From positions 8,866,001-8,930,000 of the forward strand of contig JBHGNT010000004.1 of the NCBI GenBank assembly GCA_043228905.1: a DNA stretch of 64,000 nt. The letters are read 5' to 3'. This document shows positions 12,298 to 25,203 of this stretch, in pieces. Each line of letters opens with the position of its first letter. Within the stretch, counting starts at the first letter, position 1. This DNA is from Azolla caroliniana (Eukaryota > Plantae > Polypodiophyta). The position numbers were made by a program, and so were the translations under genes. The notes beneath the pieces were generated by a model. It had not been told where the DNA came from. It did no database searches and worked only from the letters and a program-made list of their open reading frames with translations.

Positions 12298-12768
12298 TGT
12301 TATGTACACATAACGTTGGTGAGGGTAGGTCACTAATATTTACATTAGTGAAGGGTATGTTCACTATTATTAAAAAGGGGACTAATGATTGGATAGAATG
12401 AATGATATGTGCATGCACTATCATGATTTAGACAACCAATGAATAGAGAGCCTTTTAGAAAGGCACATCTATTCAAGGGGCCTAGGAAAAGGTATAAATA
12501 TGAGGCTTAGCTACCCTCATAGGGATCACGTCGGAAGGCTGCTGTCGTAGACACCGGTGGTGCGGGCTAGGCTTTCGTCTCGACGATCGTGTTTATCTCT
12601 TCCAAGGTATTAGTCATCCTAATATCCGGCGGTATGGGACGTTGGTGGTAGGTTGGCTATGTCTAGATCATAGCTCGGGGGTGGTCGGGTGGAACGGGTT
12701 CTTCTATCCAATCTATTTTCTTCCTTTTTTCTTGATTTGGTCTATTGATTAGTAATAGACTCTTAACA
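12298..12768 (+). repeat. 5' LTR (471 bp)
   Basis: TGTTA...TAACA termini; near-identical to 18937-19407. Confidence 0.95.
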
Positions 12769-13225
12769 GTGGTATCAGAGCTTTTACTAACAATTTTTTT
12801 GTTGTTTTGATGTTTTTTGCGTGTGAGCGAGGGGGATCTAACAAGGCTCGTCATGCTCTTCTCAGGATCAAAACAACACTCTAAACCCGGTATTCTTCTT
12901 TTTTGATTTCTTCTCTTTTTCTATTATGCATTCTTTATGGTCGAATCAAATTGGTATTACGTTTTATTCTCTTTCTTTCTACCTCCTACTACGCTACGAT
13001 TTTACTTATTATTATGCATCGGGCCGAGCGTGTTTGCACTAATTGCACACGCTCAACTCATGGCCTTTTGCATATTGCGATATATATCCCACTCTCTCCT
13101 CTCTTGAACTCTTACGATAATAATTATTCTTGTGCATTGGGTCGAGCGTGTTTGCTCTAATCGCACACGCTTATCTCATGGCCGTTTTGCATATGATGTT
13201 GAGTATACCACTCTTCCCCTCTATT

Positions 13226-13540
13226 GAGCCATCACTTGGCCGATTCTAAGGGATGATGTGGCCTTGACGAGGTGTATGTTGCCTACCTATGCCACTCTAC
13301 TCTCTATTAAGCCATCAATTGGCCGATTCTATGGGATGTTGTGGCCTTGACAAGGTATATGTAGCTTACATATGCCACATTCCTTTTTAATTAGCCATCA
13401 ATTGGCCGATTCTAAGGGATGATGTGGCCTTGACGAGGTATATGTCACTTACCTATGCCACTTTCCTCTTTAATTAGCCATTACTTGGCCGATTCTAGGG
13501 ATATGTGGTGGTCTTGAGGAGGTGCATGTCAACTACCCTA
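13226..13540 (+). repeat. Tandem repeat of about 83 bp x about 4 in the chromovirus 5' UTR
   Basis: The unit AGCCATCAATTGGCCGATTCTAAGGGATGATGTGGCCTTGACGAGGT... recurs four times. Confidence 0.85.
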
Positions 13541-14525
13541 GGGTTTCGTATCTTAGGGCATGTTTGATTCCATACACCTAATTGTTGATTATTCTAATTA
13601 AATCTTAATTTCATAAGTATTGTTTCACTTATATGATTTTCTAGTAATTATTATTTACCCGCCCACAATTAACTCTCCTTTTTCCACTTCCTTTTCATGT
13701 ATAAAGTATTTACATCGTTTAATTTAATGTAACCTTTACGTGTAGACTATTTTTTTCGTATGGAGTGGCTTGTTGAACGATTTTTTTTTCAACGGGTCAT
13801 CTAGGTTTAACTCTTATCATCAAGCCTTAGAAAACGAGTAAAACCATATGAGTTCCCTTATTGATGTTTTACTCATGGATTTGAGTATTACATCTTTGCG
13901 CACAACACCGTCATCACTTGTATCAATTTGTGGCTTATGTCACAATTGTGCAAGTTATAACAATCATATTGGGATGTATATGTGCATACCTTGCACTTCC
14001 CATTTATTTGTGACATTGTTTTTTTCGTAGGTAACACATGGGTTCTTTTTTTTTTTTACCCTTGTTTTCGTCACTACTTAACTCTTATGAGTAGTGCCTT
14101 ATTTTATCATTTTATCATCACGTTTGCTTATTGCTCGCAAGACTAGAATATTACTTGTGAGTGCACTTGTTTTTTCACGTAATACACTTTCTCGACCATA
14201 TAATACATGATGGGTTGGCATTAATATAAGGCTATCTAGGAAATTTCATTGATGTAAGAACCATGGTTGAGCCTCGGGGAGCCGCCATGATTACTCAAGA
14301 TAGAGATCCGAGAAATACATCTTAGCTATGTTTTCCCCCATGGTTTTTAAAACACCATAGTGTTACCATAGTTATCGGATCTCGAATCACATCTCATATG
14401 TCTAGAGGGGTAAAGACATGAGATACTTTCTTGGATAAAGTTCTTTCAATCAAAATTTCAAGCATTCATTTTGCTTGTGTATTTTCTGAACCTCCTTATT
14501 TTATTGCATACCCACAACGTGCATC

Positions 14526-17500
14526 ATGGAACAAGTTTTGAACGCAGTTGGAACGATCTCTCCAAATGAGACCTCTCAACCCCAATCCGCATCTCGCACA
14601 CAAGCTGAGATCACTATTGAGCAATTGCTCACTACTACCTTGAATCAATTGGCCGAAATGAGACAGGCCAATATGGCATTGGAAAAGAAATTCCAAGAAT
14701 TAACTATTGAGTCCAAGAAAGAAGGTGAACCTTCCTTCGTAGTCACGCCTTTCAAGGGAGATAAGAAAGAAAGAACCGAGGAGGCCATTAGCACTTGGCT
14801 TGGTCGTTGGGAGTCTCACTTTGAGCTTCATCCCAAGCCCGATGCAGTAAAAATTGGTTATGTCGGTCGTGAGTTAGGTGGCCGAGCTGCTGCTTGGTGG
14901 CGTGGCCTAAGGACCGCAAAAAACTTACCCACAACTTGGGAAGGTTTCGTTGATGTTTTTAAGAAACAATTCTTGCAGCCACCTTCTCAAACCGAACAAG
15001 CGCAACACTTGCTCACATTGTCTAGTAAGCCATTTACCTCTCTCGAGGATTATGTGCATCACGCTCGGACCCAGATCCAAAAATCGGGACTTACGGGTGA
15101 GAAATGGTTTGTCGCTTGTTTTTTGAATGGTATTCCCAATGGGGATTATCATTGGATTGTCCATGACAAGGACCCCACAACTTTCGAGGAAGCCGTCAAC
15201 ATTGTGTTGCGATACCATAGGACTTCCAAGAAACACCACAATAAACCTGAGTTCGCCAAAACTCCGAATGTCAAGTTCATTGGGAAACGTAAGCAATCCA
15301 GTGACACTCTTGACCGCGACTCAAAGAAACCGAACCTCTTCTGTGCATATTGCAAGAAGCGGGGCCACACAAAGGATACCTGTCGTCGTCTTGAGAGGAA
15401 GTCAATGAACACCCCTCCTCAAGACAAATCTACGAGTCACACAGGTGAGTCTTTTGATATTGTTGAAGTTCATACCAATCACTTAAGTTTATGTGAATGC
15501 ACTTTTCCTTCACATTTACTTGGACCTAATGATTTACTCCGAGCAGTCGGATATATCAATGGAACACAAGCACATTTCTTGTTTGATTCCGGTAGTTCTC
15601 ACAATTTTCTTAATGATCACTTTGTGCAGCAAATGGAGCTCCACATAAACACAAGTGATCATATCTATCAAGTTCACATGGCAAATGGAAACGTTCAATA
15701 CATCAGTGGCATTGTTTGTCAACTGCCAATTCAAATAGATACTTATTTGGAGAAGCTTGACTTTCATGTTATGAAATTGCAATCCGCAGATGTCATTTTA
15801 GGATATCCTTGGTTTTTTAATAAAAACCCTTCTTTGTCCATTGATTGGGTTAATCACTCAATCACATTTGAACTTAATAATTGTAAACATTTTATACAAT
15901 GTTCCAAACTTCCTTCTCATTCACTTGTGTCTTCTAAATCTTTAAGTGAGTATTCTAGTTCATTAATTTATTCGTGTGTAATTGATCTTGCGGTTCAATT
16001 TTATTATTTTAATATTGACGCCACACAATTACCACATTTTGAGCAACGATTACTCAACTCTATTTTAGAGGATTTTCAAGATGTGTTTCCTACTGAATTA
16101 CCGCTTACTTTACCACCTAAACGTAATGTGGACCATCAAATTGAACTCATCCCTGGGGCTGCTCCTGTGAGCATTCCACCTTACCGACTTAGTCGATTAG
16201 AAGAGGATGAGATCGCTAAACAACTTAAGGAATACTTGAGTATGGGCCACATTAGGTATAGTAAATCACCTTGGGGTGCGCCAGTTCTATTAGTCAAGAA
16301 GAAGGAAGGTTCGTGGCGAATGTGTATCAATTATCGCCGTTTGAATAAAATGACAATTAAGAATGCATATCCATTACCTCGTGCCGATGATTTGATTGAT
16401 TGTTTGCACGGGGCTCGATATTTTACGAAAATTGACTTACGAACTGGTTATCATCAGATTCGCATCGCCGAGGATGATATTCCTAAAACCGCTTTTCGTA
16501 CGCGCTATGGCCATTATGAGTTTTTAGTCATGCCGTTTGGGTTGGCTAATGCTCCAGCCACATTCCAACAAGCGATGAATGATGTTTTCCGAGATCAACT
16601 CGGTGATTTTGTTGTCGTCTTCTTGGATGATATTTTGATATATAGCCGTACCTTGCAAGATCATGTTCAACATGTTCAATTTGTTTTGCGAAAGTTGCGT
16701 GACAACTCTTTCTATGCAAAACATTCAAAATGTGACTTCTTCCAAAAATCTATTGTGTACCTAGGTCATTTAATTACAGAAAATGGCGTTGAAATTGAAC
16801 CTTCTCGTATTGAAAAGGTTAAACTTTGGCCCATTCCTCGTAATATTCGTGAACTTAGATCATTCTTAGGGTTTGTTGGATTTTTACGAAAATCAATTCG
16901 TAACTATTCCAAATTGACTACGCCATTAACTGACCTTTTAAAAGGTCATCCACGTAAGTCTGTCAAACCAATTTCATGGAATGAACAACTTGACAAATCA
17001 TTTGAGACACTCAAGGAGCATGTGTGTCAGGCTCCCACTCTTCTATTACCAGACCCTTCTAAGCCTTTCTCAATTGAAACCGATGCTAGTGATTATGCTA
17101 TTGGTGCCGTTCTTTATCAAGGTGGTCACCCTATTGCTTTTGAAAGTAAGAAGCTTGATGCTGCTCAATCTCGGTATTCGGTTCAAGAGAAAGAGTTGTT
17201 TGCGGTGATACACGCACTTAAAACATGGAGGCACTATCTCTATGGACATAAATTTGTGGTTACAACAGACCATCAATCATTAAAGTATTTTTGTGACCAG
17301 CCCGATCTTGTTGGTCGTAAAGGCCGTTGGGCTGACCTTATGCAAGATTTTGATTTTTCCATACGATATCGCAAGGGTTCTATGAACACTGTTGCTGATG
17401 CTCTTAGTCGCATTAAAGAAGTTAACATGCTTAGCTTCACGGAAATAAAATCTGATCTTTTAGATCACCTTCGAGGGAAATACCTTGATGACAGTTATTT

Positions 17501-18929
17501 CTCAAAATACTGGACGAAAGCCGAATCTGGTTTAGATGCCGATACTAGCACCCTACCCTCGAAGGCGACCTTTCACATTATAAACGGTTTGCTCTACCGT
17601 AGTGGAAAGGTCTGTGTTCCAGATTTACCAAATGTTAAACAGAAATTTTTTCATGAATGTCATGATGCACCATCTGCTGGTCATCCTGGAATACAACGCA
17701 CACTCGTTCTCATCTCGTGTACTTTTTTCTGGCCTAAGATGTGCTCTGACGTGCATAAATACGTAACTCAATGCTTACAATGTCAGATTAATAAGTCGGA
17801 ACGACTTAAAGCTACTGGTCTTTTACATCCCTTAGATATTCCCAACAATAAATGGGAAAGTATCTCGATGGATTTTATTGTTAGTTTACCTCGTACACAG
17901 AGGGGTCATGATGCCATATGGGTTGTCGTTGACAGGCTAACAAAATTAGCTAGATTTATTCCTACAAAAACCATGGTAACCGCTCAACAGTTGGCTTATC
18001 AATTTGTTGATGAGTTATTTCGTTTTTATGGATTACCGATGGATATTGTTAGTGATCGAGATTCCAAGTTTACTAGTGACTTTTGGACTCAGGTCTTTAA
18101 GAAACTAGAAACTACCTTGAGCATGAGTTCCGCAGATCATCCTCAGTCTGATGGACAAACTGAACGAGTTAATCAAATTATTGAGGACATGCTTCGAGCT
18201 TATGTAGCAAAAACCCCTTCTAAGTGGGAGCAATACCTTCCTATCTTAGAATTTGCCTATAATAGCTCTAAACATACATCCACTGGATATAGTCCTTTTA
18301 TGTTGATGTATGGTTTTCAGCCACGTGCCCCAGTTGATGTCACGATTCATCGTGATACATTAGACAGTACACGCAATTTTTTGCAAGACATGAACCAAAT
18401 GTTGCATATTGCCAAAGAAAATGTCAAGACAGCTCAAGATCGTGCTCGATTTTATGCTGATCGGGATAGACGTCCTCGTGCATTTACTATTGGTCAAAAA
18501 GTTTTTTTGCGTGTCCCGACTGATTCTATGTCATTATCTACGGGCAAGTGCACTAAGTTAGCCCCACGATATTGTGGCCCATTTGAAATCCTTAAGCGAG
18601 TTGGGTCATCTGCTTATCACCTTGCCTTACCTCGTAACGTTGGTATTCATCCTATTTTTCACGTCAGTCGTCTAAAACCATTTTTAGGCTCTGGTGATAA
18701 CACCATCACAATCCAAGATCTTGTAACATTAGAGGATTTTTCTTACAAACCTCATGTTCCTGAACGAATTCTTGATTCTCGTACTAAACGTTTACGTTCT
18801 AAAGAGATTCGGCTATTCAAGATCAAATGGATGGATAAACCTATTGATGATGCCACATGGGAACGCGAGCATTCGCTTAAGGCACAATTTCCTCACTTTA
18901 TATTGCAAGAGTGCAATCTTTTGAAGTAG
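14526..18929 (+). CDS. gag-pol: Gag-Pol polyprotein (Gag, CCHC, protease, RT, RNase H, integrase, chromodomain), 1467 aa
   Basis: Uninterrupted ORF: CAYCKKRGHTKDTC, LFDSGS, KIDL...FLDD, ETDASD, HHCC zinc finger, DRD...HPQSDGQTE, GPF, and C-terminal chromodomain PERILD...IKW...DATWE. Confidence 0.97.
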   Translation: MEQVLNAVGTISPNETSQPQSASRTQAEITIEQLLTTTLNQLAEMRQANMALEKKFQELTIESKKEGEPSFVVTPFKGDKKERTEEAISTWLGRWESHFELHPKPDAVKIGYVGRELGGRAAAWWRGLRTAKNLPTTWEGFVDVFKKQFLQPPSQTEQAQHLLTLSSKPFTSLEDYVHHARTQIQKSGLTGEKWFVACFLNGIPNGDYHWIVHDKDPTTFEEAVNIVLRYHRTSKKHHNKPEFAKTPNVKFIGKRKQSSDTLDRDSKKPNLFCAYCKKRGHTKDTCRRLERKSMNTPPQDKSTSHTGESFDIVEVHTNHLSLCECTFPSHLLGPNDLLRAVGYINGTQAHFLFDSGSSHNFLNDHFVQQMELHINTSDHIYQVHMANGNVQYISGIVCQLPIQIDTYLEKLDFHVMKLQSADVILGYPWFFNKNPSLSIDWVNHSITFELNNCKHFIQCSKLPSHSLVSSKSLSEYSSSLIYSCVIDLAVQFYYFNIDATQLPHFEQRLLNSILEDFQDVFPTELPLTLPPKRNVDHQIELIPGAAPVSIPPYRLSRLEEDEIAKQLKEYLSMGHIRYSKSPWGAPVLLVKKKEGSWRMCINYRRLNKMTIKNAYPLPRADDLIDCLHGARYFTKIDLRTGYHQIRIAEDDIPKTAFRTRYGHYEFLVMPFGLANAPATFQQAMNDVFRDQLGDFVVVFLDDILIYSRTLQDHVQHVQFVLRKLRDNSFYAKHSKCDFFQKSIVYLGHLITENGVEIEPSRIEKVKLWPIPRNIRELRSFLGFVGFLRKSIRNYSKLTTPLTDLLKGHPRKSVKPISWNEQLDKSFETLKEHVCQAPTLLLPDPSKPFSIETDASDYAIGAVLYQGGHPIAFESKKLDAAQSRYSVQEKELFAVIHALKTWRHYLYGHKFVVTTDHQSLKYFCDQPDLVGRKGRWADLMQDFDFSIRYRKGSMNTVADALSRIKEVNMLSFTEIKSDLLDHLRGKYLDDSYFSKYWTKAESGLDADTSTLPSKATFHIINGLLYRSGKVCVPDLPNVKQKFFHECHDAPSAGHPGIQRTLVLISCTFFWPKMCSDVHKYVTQCLQCQINKSERLKATGLLHPLDIPNNKWESISMDFIVSLPRTQRGHDAIWVVVDRLTKLARFIPTKTMVTAQQLAYQFVDELFRFYGLPMDIVSDRDSKFTSDFWTQVFKKLETTLSMSSADHPQSDGQTERVNQIIEDMLRAYVAKTPSKWEQYLPILEFAYNSSKHTSTGYSPFMLMYGFQPRAPVDVTIHRDTLDSTRNFLQDMNQMLHIAKENVKTAQDRARFYADRDRRPRAFTIGQKVFLRVPTDSMSLSTGKCTKLAPRYCGPFEILKRVGSSAYHLALPRNVGIHPIFHVSRLKPFLGSGDNTITIQDLVTLEDFSYKPHVPERILDSRTKRLRSKEIRLFKIKWMDKPIDDATWEREHSLKAQFPHFILQECNLLK

Positions 18930-18936
18930 GGGAGTA

Positions 18937-19407
18937 TGTTATGTACACATAACGTTGGTGAGGGTAGGTCCCTAATATTTACATTAGTGAAGGGTATGTT
19001 CACTATTATTAAAAAGGGGACTAATGATTGGATAGAATGAATGATATGTGCATGCACTATCATGATTTAGACAACCAATGAATAGAGAGCCTTTTAGAAA
19101 GGCACATCTATTCAAGGGGCCTAGGAAAAGGTATAAATATGAGGCTTAGCTACCCTCATAGGGATCACGTCGGAAGGCTGCTGTCGTAGACACCGGTGGT
19201 GCGGGCTAGGCTTTCGTCTCGACGATCGTGTTTATCTCTTCCAAGGTATTAGTCATCCTAATATCCGGTGGTATGGGACGTCGGTGGTAGGTTGGCTATG
19301 TCTAGATCATAGCTCGGGGGTGGTCGGGTGGAACGGGTTCTTCTATCCAATCTATTTTCTTCCTTTTTTCTTGATTTGGTCTATTGATTAGTAATAGACT
19401 CTTAACA
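18937..19407 (+). repeat. 3' LTR (471 bp)
   Basis: Follows the PPT GAAGTAGGGGAGTA; followed by TSD GCTTC. Confidence 0.95.
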
Positions 19408-19730
19408 GCTTCAAAGGCTCCAAGATGCGAATTTGACATTTTCGAGATAAAAATCCGCATTCGGGCAACCGGAGATCTTGGTGGTAGGTCACTTGTGTGG
19501 GCCATACGGCCGGAAGCCTTCACCATACAAAGTGAACGCGATCCAATACATGAAAGAAGAATGCGAAAACCAAACAGAGGTTAGAAGGTTCCTTGGAGCA
19601 TGCACATTTTATCATATCTGGATTCCGCACTACGCTCATGTCGCCGAACCGTTATATGAACTACTAAAGAGAAAAATGAAGTTCGAATGGCGAGACGAGC
19701 ACACAAATGCGATGCGAAGATTGAAGAAAC

Positions 19731-22700
19731 TGATAGGAATACGCCTCCCTAAGTTATGCTCAGCCACAATCGAGATGTCGGATCAATCACAGAAAACAAG
19801 GATGTGGAGAGATGTATCTAAACACGAAACAATAAAGAAGAGAGTGCACTGGATGTTAACGTGGAAAACCCATATATGGGAAAAACCACGGCAGCTCTCA
19901 GACTGCAAAATATCACTATATCAAGATTACAACAATGGGGCACAGAGGCAACGACCTCTTGCTCCCTCGCTTCGCCACCAGGCGGTAACAATAGAGGCAC
20001 AATCTCGGTATGTCGCTCTCTCTCCCTCTCTCTCTCTTACACACTATACAGAAGTTACACCAATAACTCTTTCATCATATCTATTAAGTTTGCCCTAGGT
20101 CATATTTATACTAATATGACTTTCGGGATATTTACAAATATAGCCCCCGTGGGCTCTTTGGAACATATTTACATATATGTCCCTTCCATCCGATGAGAGG
20201 TTCTCACCGGGTCTGCAACATCTGGTTCTCACCGAGTCTTCCTTATCGGGTACTCCACATCCGGATTCAACACTTTTCTTCTCACTTCCCATCCGGAGGG
20301 ACTTGTTTCCTAACAAACTCCCCCTTCACTCCGGCATGGGATGTCTTACTAGTCCGATCCGCTTCCGACATGCAACCAGCTTGTTGGCTATCAGTACTTT
20401 GGTCAGCATATCTAACCCGTTCTCGGCCGTGTGGATCTTAGTCAGCGCGAACCCTTGATCTTCTACTCGCTCCCGGATCCAGTGATATCTACGTTGGATG
20501 TGCTTCGTCCTGGAATGGTACGCTGCGTTCTTAGCAAGGTGGATGGCACTTTGACTGCCGCAATAGAGCCGGTATTCATCTAGCCGGATACTGAGCTCTC
20601 CGATGAAGTCCTTCATCCATAATATTTCCTTGTCGGCTTGCACAGCCGCCATGTACTCCACCTCTGTGGTTGACAATGCAACCGTCTTCTGCAGCCTCGA
20701 CTGCCACGAAACAACCCCCCCTGCATATGTCATTACATACCCGGATGTAGACCGGCTGGTATCCACATTAGCCAACATGTCCGAATCAGTAAAATCGTCA
20801 AGTTGAGGTTTACCGGAGCCGAATCGGAGACACATATTCGAGGTGCCCTTCAGGTACCGGAGTATCCATTTGACCGCGTTCTAGTGCTCCTTGCCGGGAT
20901 TGCTCGTAAACCGGCTCACCACTCCGATTGCGTATCCAGTATCTGGCCAAGTACACACCATTGCGTACATCAAGCTCCCAACGGCAGAGGCATATGGAAC
21001 ATTCATCATATCAACCTTCTCTACTTTCGTTTTCGGGCTTTGCTTACCGGATAGTCTGCAGTTTGCCGGGAGTGTCAATCTGACTGGTTTTGCTTCTAAC
21101 ATGTTGAACCGGTGAAGCACCTTTGTCACGTATTTCTCCTATGACAACCACAATTGCTTCTTTGACCGGTCCCGGATGATGTGCATCCCCAATATCTGTC
21201 TTGCCGGGCTCAAGTCTTTCATTGAGAAAGTTCGGTTGAGAACCTTCTTCAGCATCCGTATTTTGGCTTGGTTCCGTCCGACGATCAACATGCCGTCCAT
21301 GTACAGAAGGAGTATCAGGAAGTCGCCTCCTTCGAACTTCTTCACAAACACGTAGTGATCAGTTTGCGTTTTGTGATACCCTTGGTCGGTCATGAAGGAG
21401 TTGAACTTCCGGTACCATTGTCGGGGAGCCTGCTTTAGTCCGTACAGGCTCTTCTTCAACTGGCAAACCAGGTGCTCCTTCCCTTTCTCCACAAATCCTT
21501 CCGGTTGCTACATGTAGATCTCCTCTTCGAGGTCACCGTGAAAGAATGTCGTCTTCACATCCAGCTGCTCTACCTCGAGGTCCATGCTTGCCGCTATGCT
21601 CAGCACCGTTCGGATGGAAGTCATCTTTACTACCGGGGCAAATATCTCGTCGAAGTCCACACCCTTCTTCTGTTGGAACCCCTTCACTACGATCTTGGCT
21701 TTGTATCTTAGGGGTTTGCCAACATCTCCCGGTTTCAACTTGTACACGCACTTATTTCGGAGTGCCCGCTTTTCTTTCGGCAACTCCACTAATTCGTACA
21801 TATGGTTCTCATGCAGGGAATCCATCTCATCCTGCATGTCATCCTTCACTTCTTGGAAGCTTTCTGGATCTCCCTCATCGGTTAGCAGCACATGCTCTGC
21901 ATCCGGAAATCTCCGGGAGGCCCTTCTCTCTCTGAGAGGATATCTCCGTCTTTGGCCTTCGGCAACCGGCTCCACTATTTGTTCTTCATCCGAATCCGAT
22001 TCGAGGTCTTGGCCGGTTCCGATTTTAGCTTTCTCTACTTCTTCTTCTGCTGGTTCGGTATCCTCACCGTAACCAGCTGGTTCTTTGAGTGTCAACCGGC
22101 TTGTAGCCGGGTGTGTCCGAATCTCATCGGAGTTCATTATCTTCTTCTCCGACTCCCAGTCGGCAAGAGTCTTCTTGTCAACCGGATCCCACACTCTGTA
22201 GCCGAACTCATCATCGCCATATCCGAGGAATATGTATGGCCGGGTCTTTGGATCCAACTTTCCTCTCCGGTCCTTAGCAACATGCGCGTATGCGAGACAC
22301 CCGAACACCTTCAGATGCCGGTAGGACACTACCTTACCGGTCCACACCTTCTGCAGTGTGTCTCCATCCAAAGGCACTGAAGGTGATCTGTTTATCACAT
22401 ACGTCATTGTCGACAACGCCTCAAACCAAAACGTCTTGGGTAATTTTGCATGCGCTAGCATACTCCGGACCCTCTCCATTATGGCCCGGTTCATCCCCTC
22501 GGCCAACCCGTTTAGTTCCGGCGTCTTCGACACGGTAAATTCGAGCCAGATTCCCTTCGAGCGACAGTATTCCTCGAACTACCCCCGATATTCACCTCCG
22601 TTATCTACTCGAACCGCCTTCAGCTTCCGGCCGGTTTCTCTTTCCACTCTCGCGTGGAGCTCTTTGAAGACAGATAGAACCTGATCCTTCGTCTTCAACG

Positions 22701-24288
22701 GTGTGGCCGACAGCTTCCGGCTGTGGTCATCTATGAACATCACGAAGTATTGCAATCCGGCATGTGACTTCGTGTCCACTTGACATACATCAGTATGCAC
22801 CAACTCCAGTGGTGCATTATGTCTCATCAGTGTGGCCTCGATCGGAAGGAGGTCCGGTTTTGTTTACCGGCCAGACAATCAGTGCACTTCTCCAAGTGCA
22901 CGTTCTTTATTGGAATGAGGTTGTCGTCTGCAAGGCTCTTCATCCCCTTCTCACTCATGTGACATAGCCTCTTGTGCCACGGCTTACCGGCAGTGTCGGA
23001 AGCCACGTTCACTTCTTCCAGGCATAACAGGGCATTCATCAGGTACACCGTGTTGACCTTTCAAGCCCGAGCCACAATCAGGCTCCGTTTGCTGAACTTC
23101 ATAACACCGTTCCGGATGCTACCCGTGTAGCCTTCATTATCTAGCTGACCAGCTAATATCAGATTCAAACGAACCTCTGGAACGTGTCGGACATCCTTCA
23201 GCAGCAGCTTGCATCCGGTTGGTGTTGTCAACCACACGTCTCCTATGCCGACAATTTGGCATGTACCTTCATTCCCCATCCGGACACAACCATGATCACT
23301 GGCTGAGTAGGATGAGAAGCATTTCCGGTCCCGAGTAAGGTGGAACGACGCTTCAGAGTTGACCACCTAGGTCATCTCGTCGCCGGCAAGGTTTAGCTCA
23401 CTCTCCTTAGTGATGAGCATCAACTCTTCTTCACTTGCCACGATTGCCATCGTTCCCTTCCGGTCCATTCCCCTCCGGTCTTTACCGTTCCGATCCGGTG
23501 TCCGCTTCGAATCGGTACCATCGGTTTCCTTGTCTTTTCGGAAGTGCCGACAATTCTTCTGGAAGTGTCCCGGCTTTCCGCAATAGAAGCAGGTAGGCCT
23601 CCCCCTTGACTTTGACCATGTCCCCGACTTCTCCCGATTCTGGGGACTACGGTTCCTTTGTTTTCCACGTTCCGATTCGGTAATGAGCGCTTTGGAGTCG
23701 GATTTCGTATCCTTGTCTTTCCGACGCACCTCCTCATCTAGCAAGCTCGACTTCACTCTTGCCAGGGATAACCGTTTCCCTTCCAGCCCGGCATTGCCCA
23801 AAGTGACAACCAACGTCTCCCAGCTATCTGGGAGGGAACCGAGCAGGAGTAGTGCTAGTACCTCATCGGCGAGAGGTACTTCCAATGATGTTGCCTGGTG
23901 GATCAGCCCTTGGAAGGCATTCATGTGCTCCACCATGTTATAGCCATCTTGGTACCGAAGTCTTACTAGCTTCTTGATTAAAAACATTTTTGTTCTGAAA
24001 CATAATGCGGATCTTCTCCCAGAGCTCATGAGCCTTGATCTCTTCATTGAAGTTGTTGTATAGACTCATGTCAATGCAACACCGTATTGACGGGAACTAA
24101 ATGCTCGTTATACGCAACGCTCGGCCACAACCGAGCTTAGAATCATACACAGAAAATGGGAAATAAAACACGACACGAAGAAGAGAAGAGTACGCAGGAT
24201 GTTTACGTGGAAAACCCAAACCTCGGCCGAGTTTGCTCATCAACACTATTCTTCTCACTTCCCATCCGGAGGAACTTGTTTCCTAACA
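19731..24288 (-). mobile_element. Tork/Tnt1-like Copia, degenerate, with most of the 5' LTR and the gag start deleted
   Basis: Perfect TSD GAAAC (19726-19730 and 24289-24293); 3' LTR 19731-20315; PPT at 20316-20326; fragmented gag-pol at 20326-24085; only about 49 bp of the 5' LTR remain (24240-24288). Confidence 0.92.
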
Positions 24289-25203
24289 GAAACTACTTCT
24301 CGAAGCTCCGGCACTAAGGAAGGTTGACTATGCCGAAGGGAAGATGATTTACGTGACCGTCAATACGAGCCCAACCGGAATCGGGTGGGTCATCAATCAA
24401 GAAGGAGAAGATAATGCGCGATATGCCGACCGGTTCGGAGCAAAGATTCTCAGCGAATGGCAACAAAGATATGCCCAAGTCATGTGGGAACATTAGGGTA
24501 TTGTGTCGACAGTGAAGATAGACAAAGATTACTTGATCGGGTTGGAAGTGATAATAGAGACAGATTGTCTCCCAATTCTCGGAATGGTCTCGGGATGTGC
24601 TAAGGTGGATCGCCGACATCAAGTCTTTAAACCCAGAAATCCGTCACATTGCAGGGAAGAAGAACGCCATGGCTGACATGCTATCGAGGGCAAGATTTGA
24701 AAATGCATGCGACATGGTTTCGGAAGATGAAGATGTCGCCCTCGACTTCTTCAAGATGGTTCGATTATCGGCGGAAGACTAGGACACGCAAACTCTCCAG
24801 GCCTTCAACGAGAACGAGTACGAAAGAGAGTGGTTACTGATCGGTAGATTCCTAAGAACATTGACGGAAGATGCTTCGTTGACAAAGGAGGAGGCCCTAC
24901 GAATCCGGAAGAAAGCTTACCGGTACTACTTGAAGGGAGGATTCCTTTGGCGACATCCAAAAAGAAAGACAAGAATACCACGTCGAGTGGTGGTGAAGAA
25001 AGAAGAGCAAGAGACAATGATGACCGAATTCCACGAGAGTACTTGGGCAGGTCATAGAGGAACATGGGCGATGTTTGAAAAGTTGAAGGAGAAGTACTGG
25101 TGGCCAAGCATGTACAAAGATGTACTCCATTTCGTGTCCACATGCGAAACTTGCCAAATACATTCAAATATACGTCATCGTGATGAGTTACGACCGGCAT
25201 ACC

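Larger units (their letters stand above)
12298..19407 (+). mobile_element. Young full-length chromovirus (Ty3/Gypsy) with tRNA-iMet PBS
   Basis: 471-bp LTRs at 12298-12768 and 18937-19407 (3 differences seen); perfect TSD GCTTC; PBS TGGTATCAGAGC at 12770-12781; PPT at 18923-18936; intact ORF. Confidence 0.97.
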
